From positions 85,436,001-85,500,000 of the forward strand of contig NC_042998.1 of assembly GCF_006345805.1 (NCBI RefSeq): a DNA stretch of 64,000 nucleotides. The letters are read 5' to 3'. A model generated the notes under the pieces. It saw only the letters and a program-made list of their open reading frames with translations. It was not told the origin of the DNA and did not search any database. This DNA is from Octopus sinensis. Its lineage: Eukaryota. Within the stretch, counting starts at the first letter, position 1, and each line of letters opens with the position of its first letter. This document shows, piece after piece, positions 9,695-22,239 of the stretch. Both the position numbers and the translations under genes were made by a program.

Positions 9695-11322
9695 CATACA
9701 TACATATGTATGTATGGATGTGTGTATATATATATATAAAATGAGGGAATTTAAAACCACTAGTCCAAGATGGCTAAAATATACTAAGCCTTATAAAAAA
9801 ATTTAAAAGAAACTATCAAATTTCCTCACACCACCTAGTAAAATACATTTTTTTCACACTAAATGTTAATAGGTTAAGCAAACTACAATAAAACTGTAAA
9901 ACAGGCAACATATGGATTTCTTTAAGAATCTTGTATCCTAAACAATGGTAGAAAAATTTTCAAAGGCATTATGGAGTAGGATGAGCTTGTTGATGAAAGA
10001 CAACAGCTTCTATAATTTCAATAGCTTTCAGAATTACTATTTATTCAGTTCTAACAAAATTAATTAAAGCAGTTCTTATCAAAGACAGAGAAAACAGATA
10101 GTAATTGGATTGCCACCAGTAATCAGATTTGCAATCCTGGCTCAGTTTATAATGAACTTGTGTGATGGTGTATATGTGTGTCATATAGCTAAGAATTCCT
10201 TTAGCCAGATTAACAGCTCTGCTATTGGAACAGACCAAGTTGTGGATTTGCTGGAACAATAAAATCCATTTCTGTTAAGAGCAGACTGATGCTGATACCT
10301 ATATTTATTAAAATGTTGATAGTTATTACAATGTTCATAACTACAGTTATTAAAAGTAGAAACTTTGTGCTTATAGTACCTACAAAAGGACAGATATTTT
10401 TGCAAACCCCAACTGAGCTGTCACTGGACCATTATATTGAAGATTTGCAAGTAAACAGAAGACCATCTTGTTTACAGGAAACTGTTCTGAACAGTTCCTT
10501 CTTTTGTGACTACTCACAGCCTACACACCCTGCACCTAAAAATTTTTGAAGAAATTAATTCAGGCAACTTATTATATAACTTTATAAGCATATTTACCTC
10601 GAACATTACATCTGTAATATACTTAAACTTCCTTGATAAATTACTTTTTCCCCTCTATTCTTAGCTTCTAATTTGATGTTAAACATTTTCTTTTACTTTT
10701 TCTTCACTAGAAATCACTAAATGAATATGAAATGTCAACTTTTCACACAAACAACCACATCTTTCCCAGGTGACTTTTCATTCCATATTTTTTCATCAAT
10801 TGTAGGAAAATGTCATTGTTGATGATACAATTTCTAGGAGTAACATTCATTCTACATAGCTTAGTTTGCCAGATGGTAATAGCATAGCATACATTACTTA
10901 TTTACATTCCAAAATGACTCAAGATCACTTTGGGGAAGTGCATTGCTAATCTTGGGGGAATTGCCTATCGTGTTTGCAAACGTAATTTATGGAATTTCAG
11001 GAAACTTTCATTTAACAGTTCTACATTTGTGAATTTAAGAAAAAGTAGTCTTCCATTTACTTCTCATAGTTCATACTTTGCTGCCAAGAAGCTATAACTA
11101 GTATTTTCTTTTATAATATAGGTAACCTAATATCAAGTCTTTGTTAGAGACTTATAAACTTATTCTACTTGCATTTAATGATATTATTCAATTATTTTTT
11201 TCTTAGTTACGATACTTATTCAAAAACAGTTAATATATTATCATGAATATTCAACTTATATTTTCCTGTTTGTTCATCTGTTTTTAAACAACAATTTCAA
11301 TAGGGAAAAATAATAATAATAA

Positions 11323-11534
11323 TCCTATCTACTATTAGCACAAGGCCCAAAATTTTGGTGGAGGGGACTAATCAATTATATCGACGCCTGTGTTTCAATG
11401 ATAATTTATCGACCCTGAAAGGATGAAAGACAAAGTCAACCTCAGCAGAATTTGAACTCAGAACGTAGCGGCAGACGAAATACCGCTAAGCATTTTGCCC
11501 AGCGGGCTAATGATTCTACCAACTTGCCACCTTA
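11323..11534 (-). mobile_element. SINE family A, near full length
   Basis: Reverse complement of the TAAGGTGGC..GGTAGAATCATTAGC...GAGTTCAAATTCTGCTGAGGTTGACTTTG.CTTTCATCCTTTCAGGGTCGATAAATT consensus. Confidence 0.85.
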
Positions 11535-11555
11535 TAGTAATAATAACGATAATAA

Positions 11556-11710
11556 TAAGGCCTGAAATTTTGGGGGAGGAGTTAGTCAATTACATCAACC
11601 CCCAGTGCTCAACTGGTACTTAGTTTTTGAACTTGGAACCTAAAGTGCCAGAAGTAAAGCCACTTAGCATTTTGTCTGATGCTTTAGTAACTCTGTCAGC
11701 TCACTGCAAT
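11556..11710 (-). mobile_element. SINE family A, degraded
   Basis: AAGGCCTGAAATTTTGGGGGAGG...CCCCAGTGCTCAACTGGTACTT matches the family A 3' half. Confidence 0.65.
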
Positions 11711-11724
11711 AATAATATCACTTA

Positions 11725-12295
11725 TTTGCCACCAGGGTGGATGAGGGGAGACAATACAAAGACTGGCACAAAGTGTGGGGATTTACATATAATGAAATGA
11801 TAAAATAAAAAAGAGGGGGATATTCACAGTATACAATGAAAAAGAAGGGAAATATACACAGTATACAAAGTTAAAAAGAAAAGGCAGGGATGATAGAGAT
11901 ATAGCTCTCCTGATACAGAATGACCTCTGGGGATAATCAAGGAACCCTACTGTCTGAGATCTCCCTGAAAATCAAGAGCAAGCACTCCTTCCATTTCCCT
12001 TTCTCCAACTCACAGGTCTACACTTAGAGAGGTACCATCCACTCTTACTATTTTTGCAACTTTCACCCACCTTTCAATAAAACCACTCAAGGATAGCACT
12101 TGTCTCTCGACTTTCAATTTCCATTTCAGGTGAAACTTGAAGAAGTCAATGAGACCTCTACCAAAGAGGAAAGTATCTGCCCTCATGCCTTTCAGCCTCG
12201 TCCACCACACAACTTCTTTTGCCACAGCCACCAGGCAAAGGGAAACTGCCTTGCCTGTCCAATTAAAGGCGGGCAGCAAGACAATCATCAATAAT
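11725..12295 (-). mobile_element. 5'-truncated Tx1/L1-like LINE (ORF2 C-terminus plus 3' UTR)
   Basis: ORF 12010-12291(-), LCLVAVAKEVVWWTRLKG..DTFL..LIDFFKFHLK.KLKVERQVLS..F.ERW..VA, resembles Tx1-clade ORF2 C-termini (recalled similarity). Confidence 0.55.
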
Positions 12296-12305
12296 AATAA
12301 TAATA

Positions 12306-12440
12306 ATCCTTTCTACTGTGGGCACAAGGCCTGAATTTTGTGGAGAGGAAGACAATTGATCACATCAACCCCAGTGTTTCACTGGTACTTAATCTATTGA
12401 CCTCGAAAGGATGAAAAACAAAGTTGACCTCAGTAGAATA
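12306..12440 (-). mobile_element. SINE family A, 3' half
   Basis: CACAAGGCCTGAATTTTG...CCCAGTGTTCACTGGTACTTAATCTATTGACCTCGAAAGGATGAAA. Confidence 0.7.
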
Positions 12441-12759
12441 AGTTGTCTTTCTACTATAAGTACAAGGCCTAAAATTTGGAGGGGGGCAGCTGATTACATC
12501 AACCACCAATGTTCAACTGAAACTTATAAAAATAACTTCCTAAAATTCAATTTTATGTTAATTATTATGACAACCTGTTAAACAGAATGCCTTGCAATAT
12601 TTGTTTTAACTCTCTCTGTTCTGAGTTCAAATCATGTCAAAGTCAACTTGAACTTTCATACTTTCAAGGACAATAAAAAAAGTACAAACCCAGAGTGATG
12701 GATTGGCTTACTCATAAGAACACCCAACAGGATGCCTTGAAGTATTTGTCCTGACTCAT

Positions 12760-12900
12760 TACATTTTGAGTTCTTGGCCTACTCCGGCAGTAAATGCATT
12801 GCCTGGTTTAGCATTACCCACAGTCCTCCAACTTGTCAGATCCTGTCAAACTGTCCCACCCATGCCAGCATGGAAGATAGATGTTAAATGATGATGATGA
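12760..12900 (+). mobile_element. RTE-tail SINE fragment
   Basis: Ends TGTCAAACTGTCCCACCCATGCCAGCATGGAAGATAGATGTTAAATGATGATGATGA. Confidence 0.7.
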
Positions 12901-13621
12901 CTCTTTTGCTAGCATTAGGGCTCTGGTTTGAAAATACATTCTTTCTGCCAGTCACAGAAGTTCTGTAAAATGTCTCAGGCACTGCCTTCCTTCACAGAAA
13001 ATGAGATTTCAGATAAAATGTCTGACTAGGAATACAAAATAACTATAAAAGGAGAAAATGCATTCAGGGTTAACCTACATAATATAATTCACAGTTATAG
13101 AACAAGAGATTCTAAGATTACTTGTACACCATTTTTCAGCAAATACATCTCAACTAATTTATATATTTTTTCCCCCAAGAATGCTTTTAAAAATGCAAAC
13201 AGTGCAATAATTCTAAAAGAGATGTAAATTCTTACATGAATTCTTACAACTGCACTTGAGTGCCAACAGTGGTAGTATTTTACTTGCAAAACCCAATTTA
13301 CATCACATAGGGTTACCCCACCCAAATTTTAAAAATAGTAAGATATACAGAGGGGAGAATTTGTATGAGGATCTGATAACTTTTCATGTAAGAACATGCT
13401 TTTACAGTGTAAATTCAACCAAAGAACAAAGTATTATAAAAGAAATCAACTGATATTATATAATGTGTCTGCTTTTCTGAAGGGCAGTAGATACATATGC
13501 AATGTGGGTTAATTATGAACAGGAATAAAAACCAAGCTATACACCAAACACACTCTGCAGCAATCATTGCTAAAACACAATATAATAGCAAAAAATTTTA
13601 TAAAATAAAATTATTATAAAG

Positions 13622-13880
13622 GTGCAGGTATGGCTGTGTATTTAAGAAGTTTATTTTGCAATGATGTGGTTTTAGGCTCGGTCTCACTGCACTCTACCTT
13701 TGGAAAATTTTCTACTGTAGCCCTAAGTAAATGCCTAGCAGATGGATTAGACGGAAATTGTGTATAAGTCTGTCCTGTGCATGTGCATTTCTTTGTGTTT
13801 GTCTGCCTGCACTGATTTACAACTTGTATTGGTTTGTTTACATCCCCATATCATAGTGGTTTGGCAAAAGGGATCAATAG
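13622..13880 (+). mobile_element. SINE family B (tRNA head, internal microsatellite), degraded
   Basis: GGTGCAGGTATGGCTGTGT..TTAAGAAGTT head and ACGGAAATTG...GGTTTGGCAAAAG match the intact copy at 54414. Confidence 0.6.
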
Positions 13881-14531
13881 GATAAGTGTTGGAGCAGGGG
13901 TGTCCAACTAAACCCCTTAAACGGTCTCTGGAACAATACCATAAAAAAAATCAAAAAGTTAATTCAGGTAATGTTTTGGCCATAGTAAATGGTAACTCAC
14001 TTTGGGCAATATATTTTGATAAATTTTATAATATAAATGTATTAATTTTTTTTTTAATAAATTGGATAGAGGGAAGATATATACTGGGCAATACTTTAAA
14101 CTGCATCTAGTGGTGAGGTTCAAGTTTAGGGGTTTGGTGGGGAAAGGAGTCTCCACTTAGCTATCAGAGTGAATGAAATTTGGTACCTAGAAATAAATTT
14201 TGTGTGTCTCCATGAGTCTGCACTGATACTGCTTAAGTAACAGTGATGTTCATCTGTCTAGCAGTTTGGCAGTTAAATATGCCAAGATTAGTGGAATACT
14301 GTACCTTACTTGAAAACAAGCAAAAGTTGGTATCAGGATGGGCATCTAGCCATAAAATATAGCTCCATATTTTGTCCAGCCCGTGGCAGCATGGAAAAAG
14401 TGGGCATAAACACAATGACCACAATGATGATGGTGATATTTTTAAATAAATGTCAGAAGTAGCTATACAGCTACATACAAATATATATAGCTTCATAAAA
14501 TTCCAACAATAAATAATTATAAGTTTATATA

Positions 14532-16348
14532 TCATCATCATCATCATCATCATTTAGCGTCCGTTTTCCATGCTAGCATGGGTTGGACGGTTCTACTGGG
14601 GTCTGTGAAGCCAGAAGGCTTCATCAGGCCCAGTCAAATCTGGCAGTGATTCTACGGCTGGATGCCCTTCCTAACGCCAACCACTCCGTGAGTGTAGTGG
14701 GTGCTTTTTACGTGCCACCCGCACTGGTGCCAGACAGAGCTGGCAAACGGCCACGAACGGATGGTGCTTTTTATGTGCCACCGGCACGAGGGCCAGGCGA
14801 GGCTGGCAACGGACACGAAATGGAAAGTTCTCTTACATGCCACCGGCACTGGTAACACATCTGCAATTTCCATTGATCGATTTTGATTCTGATCCTCACT
14901 TGCCTCAATGGGTCTTCACAAGCAGAGTTTCGACATGCCACCGGCACTGGTAGCACATCCGCAATTTCCATTGATCGATTTCGATTCTGATCCTCACTTG
15001 CCTCAACACGTCTTCACAAGTAGAGTTTTGTGTCCCAAGAAGGGAAGGTATGCATACGTAGGCTGGCTCCATCCCATGTAGAAGGCCACGGGTTGTGGAC
15101 TCACTTGTCCTGCCGGGTCTTCTCGCGCACAGCACACTTCCAGAGGTCTCGGTCTCTAGTCATTTCCTCAGTGAGACCTAAAGTTCGAAGGTCGTGCTTC
15201 ACCACCTCGTCCCAGGTTTTCCTGGGTCTGCCTCTTCCACAGGTTCCCTCAACCGCTAGGGTGTGGCACTTTTTCACACAACTATCTTCATCCATTCTCG
15301 CCACATGACCATACCAGCGCAAACGTCTCTCTTGCACACCACAACTGATGCTTCTTAGGTCCAGCTTTTCTCTCAAGGTACTTACACTCTGCCGAGTGTG
15401 AGTACCGGCATTACACATCCATCGGAGCATACTGGCTTCATTTCTAGCGAGCTTACGCATATCCTCAGCAGTCACGGCCCATGTTTCACTGCCATGTAGC
15501 ATGGCTGTTCGTACACACGCATCATACAGTCTGCCTTTCACTCTGTGCGAGAGGCTTTTGTCACCAGCAGAGGTAAGAGCTCTCTGAACTTTGCCCAAGC
15601 TATTCTTACTCTAGCAGTTACACTTTCAGCACACCCGCCCCCGCTGCTGACTTGGTCACCTAGGTAACGGAAACTATCAACTATTTCTAGTTTTTCTCCC
15701 TGGAAAGTGACGGAAGTTGGTCTCAGAGCATTTTCAGTGTTTATTGTTCCTGAGCATCTGCCACATACAAAAACCATCTTCCTAGTTAGCCTTCCTTTGA
15801 CATTGCTGCATCTCTTATGTGTCCATAGCTTACACTTGGTGCATCTTATAGAGTTTCTACCTACACCTTTTCTACAGATCGAGCAGGGCCATCTACCTGA
15901 AGGTGTTTGTGATTTGTCTACCTTCCTACTGATTACGACTTTGGTTTTAGCTAGATTGACTCTGAGGCCCTTCGATTCTAATCCTTGTTTCCACACCTGA
16001 AACTTCTCCTCCAGTTCTGATAGCGACTCAGCAATTAGAGCAAGGTCATCAGCATAGAGGAGCTCCCAAGGGCATCCTGTCTTGAATTCCTCCGTTATTG
16101 CCTGGAGGACTATGATAAATAGGAGGGGGCTGAGTACTGAGCCTTGGTGGACCCCTACCTCTACCCGGAATTCTTCACTGTACTCATTTCCAACCCTCAC
16201 CCTACTAGCGGCGTCCCTATACATGGTCCGCACAGCTCTCACTAACCATTCATCTATCCCTAGTTTTCTCATTGCCCACCAGATAAGGGATCGGGGGACC
16301 CTGTCGAAGGCTTTCTCCATGTCAACAAAAGCCAGGTACAGGGGCTTA
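14532..16348 (-). mobile_element. 5'-truncated RTE LINE (copy 2)
   Basis: ORFs 15538-16320 and 15101-15598 give RT (MEKAFDRVP, GVHQGSVLSP, LLYADDL), the PHD-like finger and the C-terminus with one frameshift near 15560; 3' UTR and (GAT)n tail at 14532-14553. Confidence 0.95.
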
Positions 16349-17204
16349 AGTTAATAAATTTATGCTGTGCACAGAAATCTTTCAAAGTACTCATAGGTAA
16401 CATTACATTTTGTAATATATCACCTCATCAATCATTTAAACAAACTCATTAATTAAATTCTTATTTCCTTACCTGACTGAATATAGCTGAAACTTTATAA
16501 CAATCACATAACACACACACACTCCCACCAATTAAAATAGTTGGCTTAGTTTGGAAGTAAATTTGTAAAAGCGAAAGCATGAGATTCAACAGCAAACTGA
16601 ATGAAAACGGGAACGGAAATAACACGCAAAGAAAATATACAACAGCTTCCTTTCCTTTTTTTCTAAAAGCAATATAAACATTTCAAGAATGAACAAAGGA
16701 GATGGGTGTAAAAACACCTGGGCAATGTAAGTACAAAAAAAAGTAATAATTCACAAGGCTCAAATCATTTTTGAATACTATTAAATATTTATAGATTTGA
16801 ATTTTATAAACATACAACAGAAATTCCATCATTAGTCAGAGTTTTTTTTTTTTTGTGGGGGGGGGGGGGGGGGTTAAGGATATAATTAAGAAGAAATTAC
16901 AAACGATTACAACCAATGATAATAATGCTCTATGACTAATAGGGAAAACTCCATTGGTTATCAATAATTTATTAATGCTATCTTGAGGGAGGAGTGTAAG
17001 AAAACTGTTGTTAGATATATCACACAAGAGTCAAAACAATCTGAGAACAAAAACTGGCCCAGATTATTAAATTAAAAAAAAAAAGAAGACTTTCTCACAG
17101 ATCAACTGCTGATAAAAAATGTTAACATATTAATAGCTAAAATAGATATATAACTAATATGTATGCATGTGTGTATGTGTATCTATATGCACACATATCA
17201 GTTA

Positions 17205-18615
17205 AGCACCTCGTCACCTACCAATCTGGTGACCATTCAAATCAGATAGATTACATTTTCGCAAGAGGACAGAACAGAAGGGTCATTGTAAAAAAAGAAA
17301 AATAAAAGCCTTTCCTGGTGAAGAATGCACTACACAACATGGCTAGTGACATGAGAGCCAGAACAAGACAGACACAGAAACCAAAGATGATATGGAGAAG
17401 GAAGACATGGAATTTAAAAGATCCTGCAGTTGGGCATAGGTTTCAAGAAGTTATAATTGATACATATGACTATAGGGAGAAAGATAGTGTAGATGACAAC
17501 TGGGAATGTCTACATAATAACCTGCTTAGGGCTACAAATCAGATGTCTCATATTGTTTACTGTAAGCCCCATCATAACTGAATGTGATGTGGTGATGGAA
17601 TGAAAATAGGGAAGTAAGAGTTCAGAGACAAGCTTGGAAAACATAGAAGGAAAGCATTATCAAATGGCTAGAAAAGTATTTAGGTGACTCTCATACTTAG
17701 ATAACGGTGAGATAGAAAGAAATTCATGCATACCCTGCAATGTGTGAAGTGTTCAGGATTGTGAGAGAGTGTATGAGACAAAGGCAGGACAACATTAGTG
17801 AGAAATGTATTCTGAATGAAAGCATGCTCTCTATCAATGTGGAAGACAAGATAGTGGCATCAAAACACAATTATGAGAGGTTGTTGAACATAGAAAATGC
17901 AAGGGGTACCTCAAACTGACCTTACAGATGGACCAGCAATTTAAGCCAATGGCAACTTGGTAGATAAAGTTTCCGATGATTTGAAGAGAGGTAAAGTTGT
18001 TGGTCCATCAAGGATAGTTGCAGAAATGCACAAAATACTTGGTAATATACGTATTTACTACCCACATAGTTAATCAAGTAACACAGGAAATGTTGTACAA
18101 AATGACTGGCATAACAGTATTATTGTGAACTACTATAAAAGCAAAGGTGATGCCTTAGAGAAAAGAAATTATAGAGGAATCAAACAACTAGATCAGGTTA
18201 TGAAGGTGACAAGTAGATCTACATGAATTGCAGTTTGGCTTTGTACCCAGAAGTATCACTGATGCAGTTTTCATAGTGAGACAACTGAAAAAAAAAACAA
18301 AAAAAACGGGTTGGCTATAACATTCATTGGCTTGACATTCATTGACTTGAAGAAGGTATTTCACTGAGTACAAGGTCTCAGTCCTATTCATGAGTCATAC
18401 AGGACATCACAAAGGAATTTAAGTAAGAATGGCTCTCCATGGAAACTCTGATATGCTAATGATCTAGTTTACATAGCTGAGTCTATAGTAGAATTAGAGA
18501 GGCAATTCCAGACATGGAAGCTAAACTTAGAATCAAGAAGTCTCAAGATAAACTTAGTAAAGGCCAAGGCTTTAGTAAGTAGGAAAGAAGAGGGGTAAAT
18601 GGCCTTGTTCAACAT
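17205..18615 (+). mobile_element. Old, heavily degraded RTE LINE (endonuclease to RT)
   Basis: Remnants of HLVTY..QIDYI, FPGEEC, WRRKTWNLKDP, DNWECL, NYRGIKQLDQVMKV and YANDLV, colinear with copy 1, with many stops and indels. Confidence 0.8.
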
Positions 18616-19381
18616 GCAGAAAAAGAATATCATCAATGATCCCTTTCACCCTTATCCAATATTCATCCACTCCTCAACCCTACATAATCACCTGCTCTTT
18701 TCTCTAATATTTATCATTGAGCACTCCTCAGTCATTGTTTCCAATTATTATATTAATCTCTTCACACATTCCACATCTCTAACCATGCCTCACACTCTCC
18801 AATGCATTCATACTTCTTGTTATTCTGTCACCCATCTCTCATCTATGTGAATGTACCTGGGTCCATGAAGACACAGTCATCACATCTATTGTATCTCACT
18901 TTCCAGCCCTACCCAAGTAACTCCTACTCATCCTTCTATGTGGGTAGCTACATGGCTTCCCTCACCCCACTCCTGGATCAAGAAACCTGTTCTATTTTGG
19001 GCCTCCTTTCATACTTTAACCTCTCTTTCCCTAACATAAAGCTGTCTCCTTTTCTACTGTAGCTCCATTTAGTTAAAGGGGATCTAAGTTGCATGTTTTA
19101 CTTCATTAGTGTTGGCTACAAAGAAAGTACCAAGTGAACTTAGTAAAGAGCTCACATTAAGAAGCGCATCCAAACATAGAAAGCAAACTTTACGACAGAG
19201 CTGTCAATTCCTGTTAAGTCATCCAACACATGCAAGCATTAAGGACAGACATTGACAGAGGATGACATGTTTGTGTGTACATATATACAAATGTACACAT
19301 ACATACACCTACATATGAATACATACCATGTGCTGACATATATACATCTGACTCATTCTTGTATGGAACATGGATGTTAAA

Positions 19382-19427
<46 letters not shown>

Positions 19428-19470
19428 TCTTGTGCAAGATTTTTTATGTGAAATCATGTGTTGAAACAGA

Positions 19471-19652
19471 TATTGTTGTATTTCGGAATGGTCATTTTGC
19501 CAGTTTAGCCAATAAAAACACACGCACTATATATTTGGCCGCAATAAGATTAAGATTAATGTAAAAAATAAATAACATTGAAGTAAAGTAACACCAAATA
19601 TATAGTGCGTGTGTTTTTACTGGCAAACTGACCATTCCGAAATACAATAATA
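19471..19652. mobile_element. MITE with ~60-bp TIRs
   Basis: TATTGTTGTATTTCGGAATGGTCA...AAAAACACACGCACTATATATTTGG mirrored by CCAAATATATAGTGCGTGTGTTTTTACTGGCAAACTGACCATTCCGAAATACAATAATA. Confidence 0.8.
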
Positions 19653-19664
19653 TATATTTATATA

Positions 19665-19802
19665 TATAATCAAAATAAGCAACAAGAATATCCAGAGGTA
19701 ATGCAGTACTATTGTTTCTTGTGACTTCGTTTAATTGAACAATGCAAATATTACATCAATTATTTAAAATGTAGAGCAATCTTGTTGCTTATTTTGATTA
19801 TA
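19665..19802. mobile_element. MITE with perfect 23-bp TIRs
   Basis: TATAATCAAAATAAGCAACAAGA (19665-19687) is the exact reverse complement of 19780-19802. Confidence 0.8.
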
Positions 19803-19976
19803 AGCACCCCATTTTGAATTATATGGATAATACCATACTAAATTCTGGTGCCTTTAACTTAACATATTCAACTGAATCTAAATTTTACTGAACTGATATA
19901 TATATATATGTATATACATACACACACATATCTATATATACAAATTGACACATTATCTGTCTGTTATTATTATTTA

Positions 19977-20052
<76 letters not shown>

Positions 20053-20293
20053 GTACAGATCAGTAAGCATATGTATATTGAGTTCTACACCAGGTTATTA
20101 GTAACAATGCCTAAGTGAAATATGTGTGCATGTTCAGAATAATTTCTACATGCTTGATGTTTAATACTGTATCAGTAAGCACACCCATTTGAGTAGTATG
20201 TATTACTACATCAACCAGCTGCTAAAATTTTGAAACAGCTGTAAAGATTTTCTAAGGATTTATTTTTGCCTGGCTCTTTCTCTTTCTATATGT

Positions 20294-20482
20294 ATATAGT
20301 TAATCCAAACAAGAAAGCACAAAAAGCACAACAACACGAGGACGTGGAACAAATATAGTATTATTGGACGCTCAGGAAAGAAGGAGGGTTTAACGTTTCA
20401 AGCGGAGCTCTTCGTGGGAAACATAGGAGAAGGGAAGACAAAGGAAAAAAAATCGCCAACAGTACACACGCGGTCACATTTT
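20294..20482 (-). mobile_element. ~200-bp Penelope-like/retrozyme-like repeat, degraded hammerhead copy
   Basis: Homologous to 54140-54342 in the opposite orientation; the ribozyme-like core at 20388-20422 is mutated; flanked by (TA)n. Confidence 0.6.
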
Positions 20483-20564
20483 GAATATATATATATATAT
20501 ATATATATATTTGTAGAAAACAAATCCGGAGAAGAAGCTCACTCTAAGATGTAGAGTAGTATAT

Positions 20565-20848
20565 GATTTTTACCGGGGAAGGCTGTCTTATGAGATTACC
20601 CCGAGTTTCCCATCCATAAAGGGTTTAATTTTATGACATATTGTCAGACCCCAAAACGTGTTGGCCTAAGACTTCTTCAAAATATGGAAGGGGAAAAGCT
20701 TAAGGCCTTTTACGAGGCCTTTCCCCTCCATTTTTTAAGAGATCTTAGACCAACAGGTTTTCAGGTCTGACAATACGCCATAAAGTTAAACCCTTTATGG
20801 ACGGGAAACTCAGGGTAATCCCATAAAATGGCCTTCCCCACTAAAATA
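20565..20848. mobile_element. Foldback/MITE, ~280-bp near-complete palindrome
   Basis: GGGGAAGGC..CTTATGAGATTACCCCGAGTTTCCCATCCATAAAGGGTTTAA... mirrored by ...TTAAACCCTTTATGGACGGGAAACTCAGGGTAATCCCATAAAATGGCCTTCCCC. Confidence 0.8.
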
Positions 20849-21023
20849 TGTATGTGTGTGTGTGTATATACATGCATACATACAGAGAGAAAGAGATACA
20901 TACAAACACACACCTGTGCGTTGGCATCATTTGAAGATTAGAACAATGCAAAGTGAATTGTGACCAACATCTGATAGTCTGGACAATACAGTGATATATG
21001 TGTGTGTATATGCATGCATATAT

Positions 21024-21410
21024 AGGCACAAACGGGGATGTTTGGTTAAGAAATATGCTTTCTGACCAAGTGGTTTCAGGTTCAGTCCTACAACATGGCA
21101 CTTTAGGCAAATTTCTAGTACAGCCCCAGACTGACCAAACACTTGTGGTTTGATTTGGCAGAAATTAAAAATAAAAGCTAGTTGTGTGTATCTCCTTGTT
21201 TTGCAATCGTGTGATGATAATTGTAAGTGAGCTTCACTGTCATACAAGCTATGTCCTTTGTTTCTAATCTCCCATGTTAACTAGTCTGGTTATAGGGAAA
21301 ATACTATCCTATTTGGAAACAGGTGAGGGATGTCAGCAGGAGAACATCCAGCCGCAGACAAAGTTGCCCAACAATTCCGTCTGACCCATTCATGTTAAAA
21401 CAACGATATA
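21024..21410 (+). mobile_element. SINE with a family-B head and an RTE-type tail
   Basis: Head GGTTAAGAAATATGCTT..CCAAGTGGTTTCAGGTTCAGTCC, tail GGAAACAGGTGAGGG...CATCCAGCCG...TCCGTCTGACCCAT; a similar copy lies at 59563-59948(-). Confidence 0.65.
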
Positions 21411-21430
21411 TGTGTATATGTGTGTGTGCG

Positions 21431-21466
<36 letters not shown>

Positions 21467-21490
21467 AATATGTATATAAATTCATTTACA

Positions 21491-21526
<36 letters not shown>

Positions 21527-22169
21527 ACCTACATACAAAATATACATAACCTATATATATATAAACTGTATGCATGTATGTATGTATAAAACCCATATAC
21601 GCACAACGAGTGTGTATGTGTGTAACCTATTTATTGCAAAAGCAAAAAAAAAGAAGAAAAGAAATAAGAACACAGGAAGTCTTAATAGTTTTAGCTTAAG
21701 GCTGAAAAATAAGGCAATGTGTGTGTGTGTGTAAATAGATAAAACCCCATATGCATTTATGTGTTTATTTATACACATACAAACATCTTCATAAACATAT
21801 ACAGACACATATAAAAGCTACATTTGCGCGCGTGTGTGTGTGTATGTATATATATATAAACTTCTGTTTATATATGTCAATAGTGAAACTATTAGGCTGA
21901 CTTTTTTTCAGATAATAGAGAAATATAATGTCCACTGTACCCAACGCATTGTGTGTGTATATATGTTACCGATATAGCTAGATACATAATATACATGTAT
22001 AACACAAAGAGAGGGAAAGAAAGAAATAATATCGGTGCAAACAAAACAATTTTCCTGTTATTTTCTGATGTCGCATCAATGTTTGAAAACATGATTTGGC
22101 ATACATTTCTAGGTGATGTTACAAATATCTCCGAGAATGCGTGTATGCATTTATATTTTGGTGTGTATG

Positions 22170-22239
<70 letters not shown>

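Noticed and set aside
12975-13030. Minus-strand peptide SDILSEISFSVKEG resembling an ABC ATPase start
   Set aside because: A stop follows immediately, there is no good donor and no Walker A exon was found
15555-15565. Frameshifts in RTE copies 1 and 2 at almost the same codon (K-G-L-S), suggesting programmed frameshifting
   Set aside because: The deleted bases differ between copies and there is no slippery heptamer; coincidence or error is more likely
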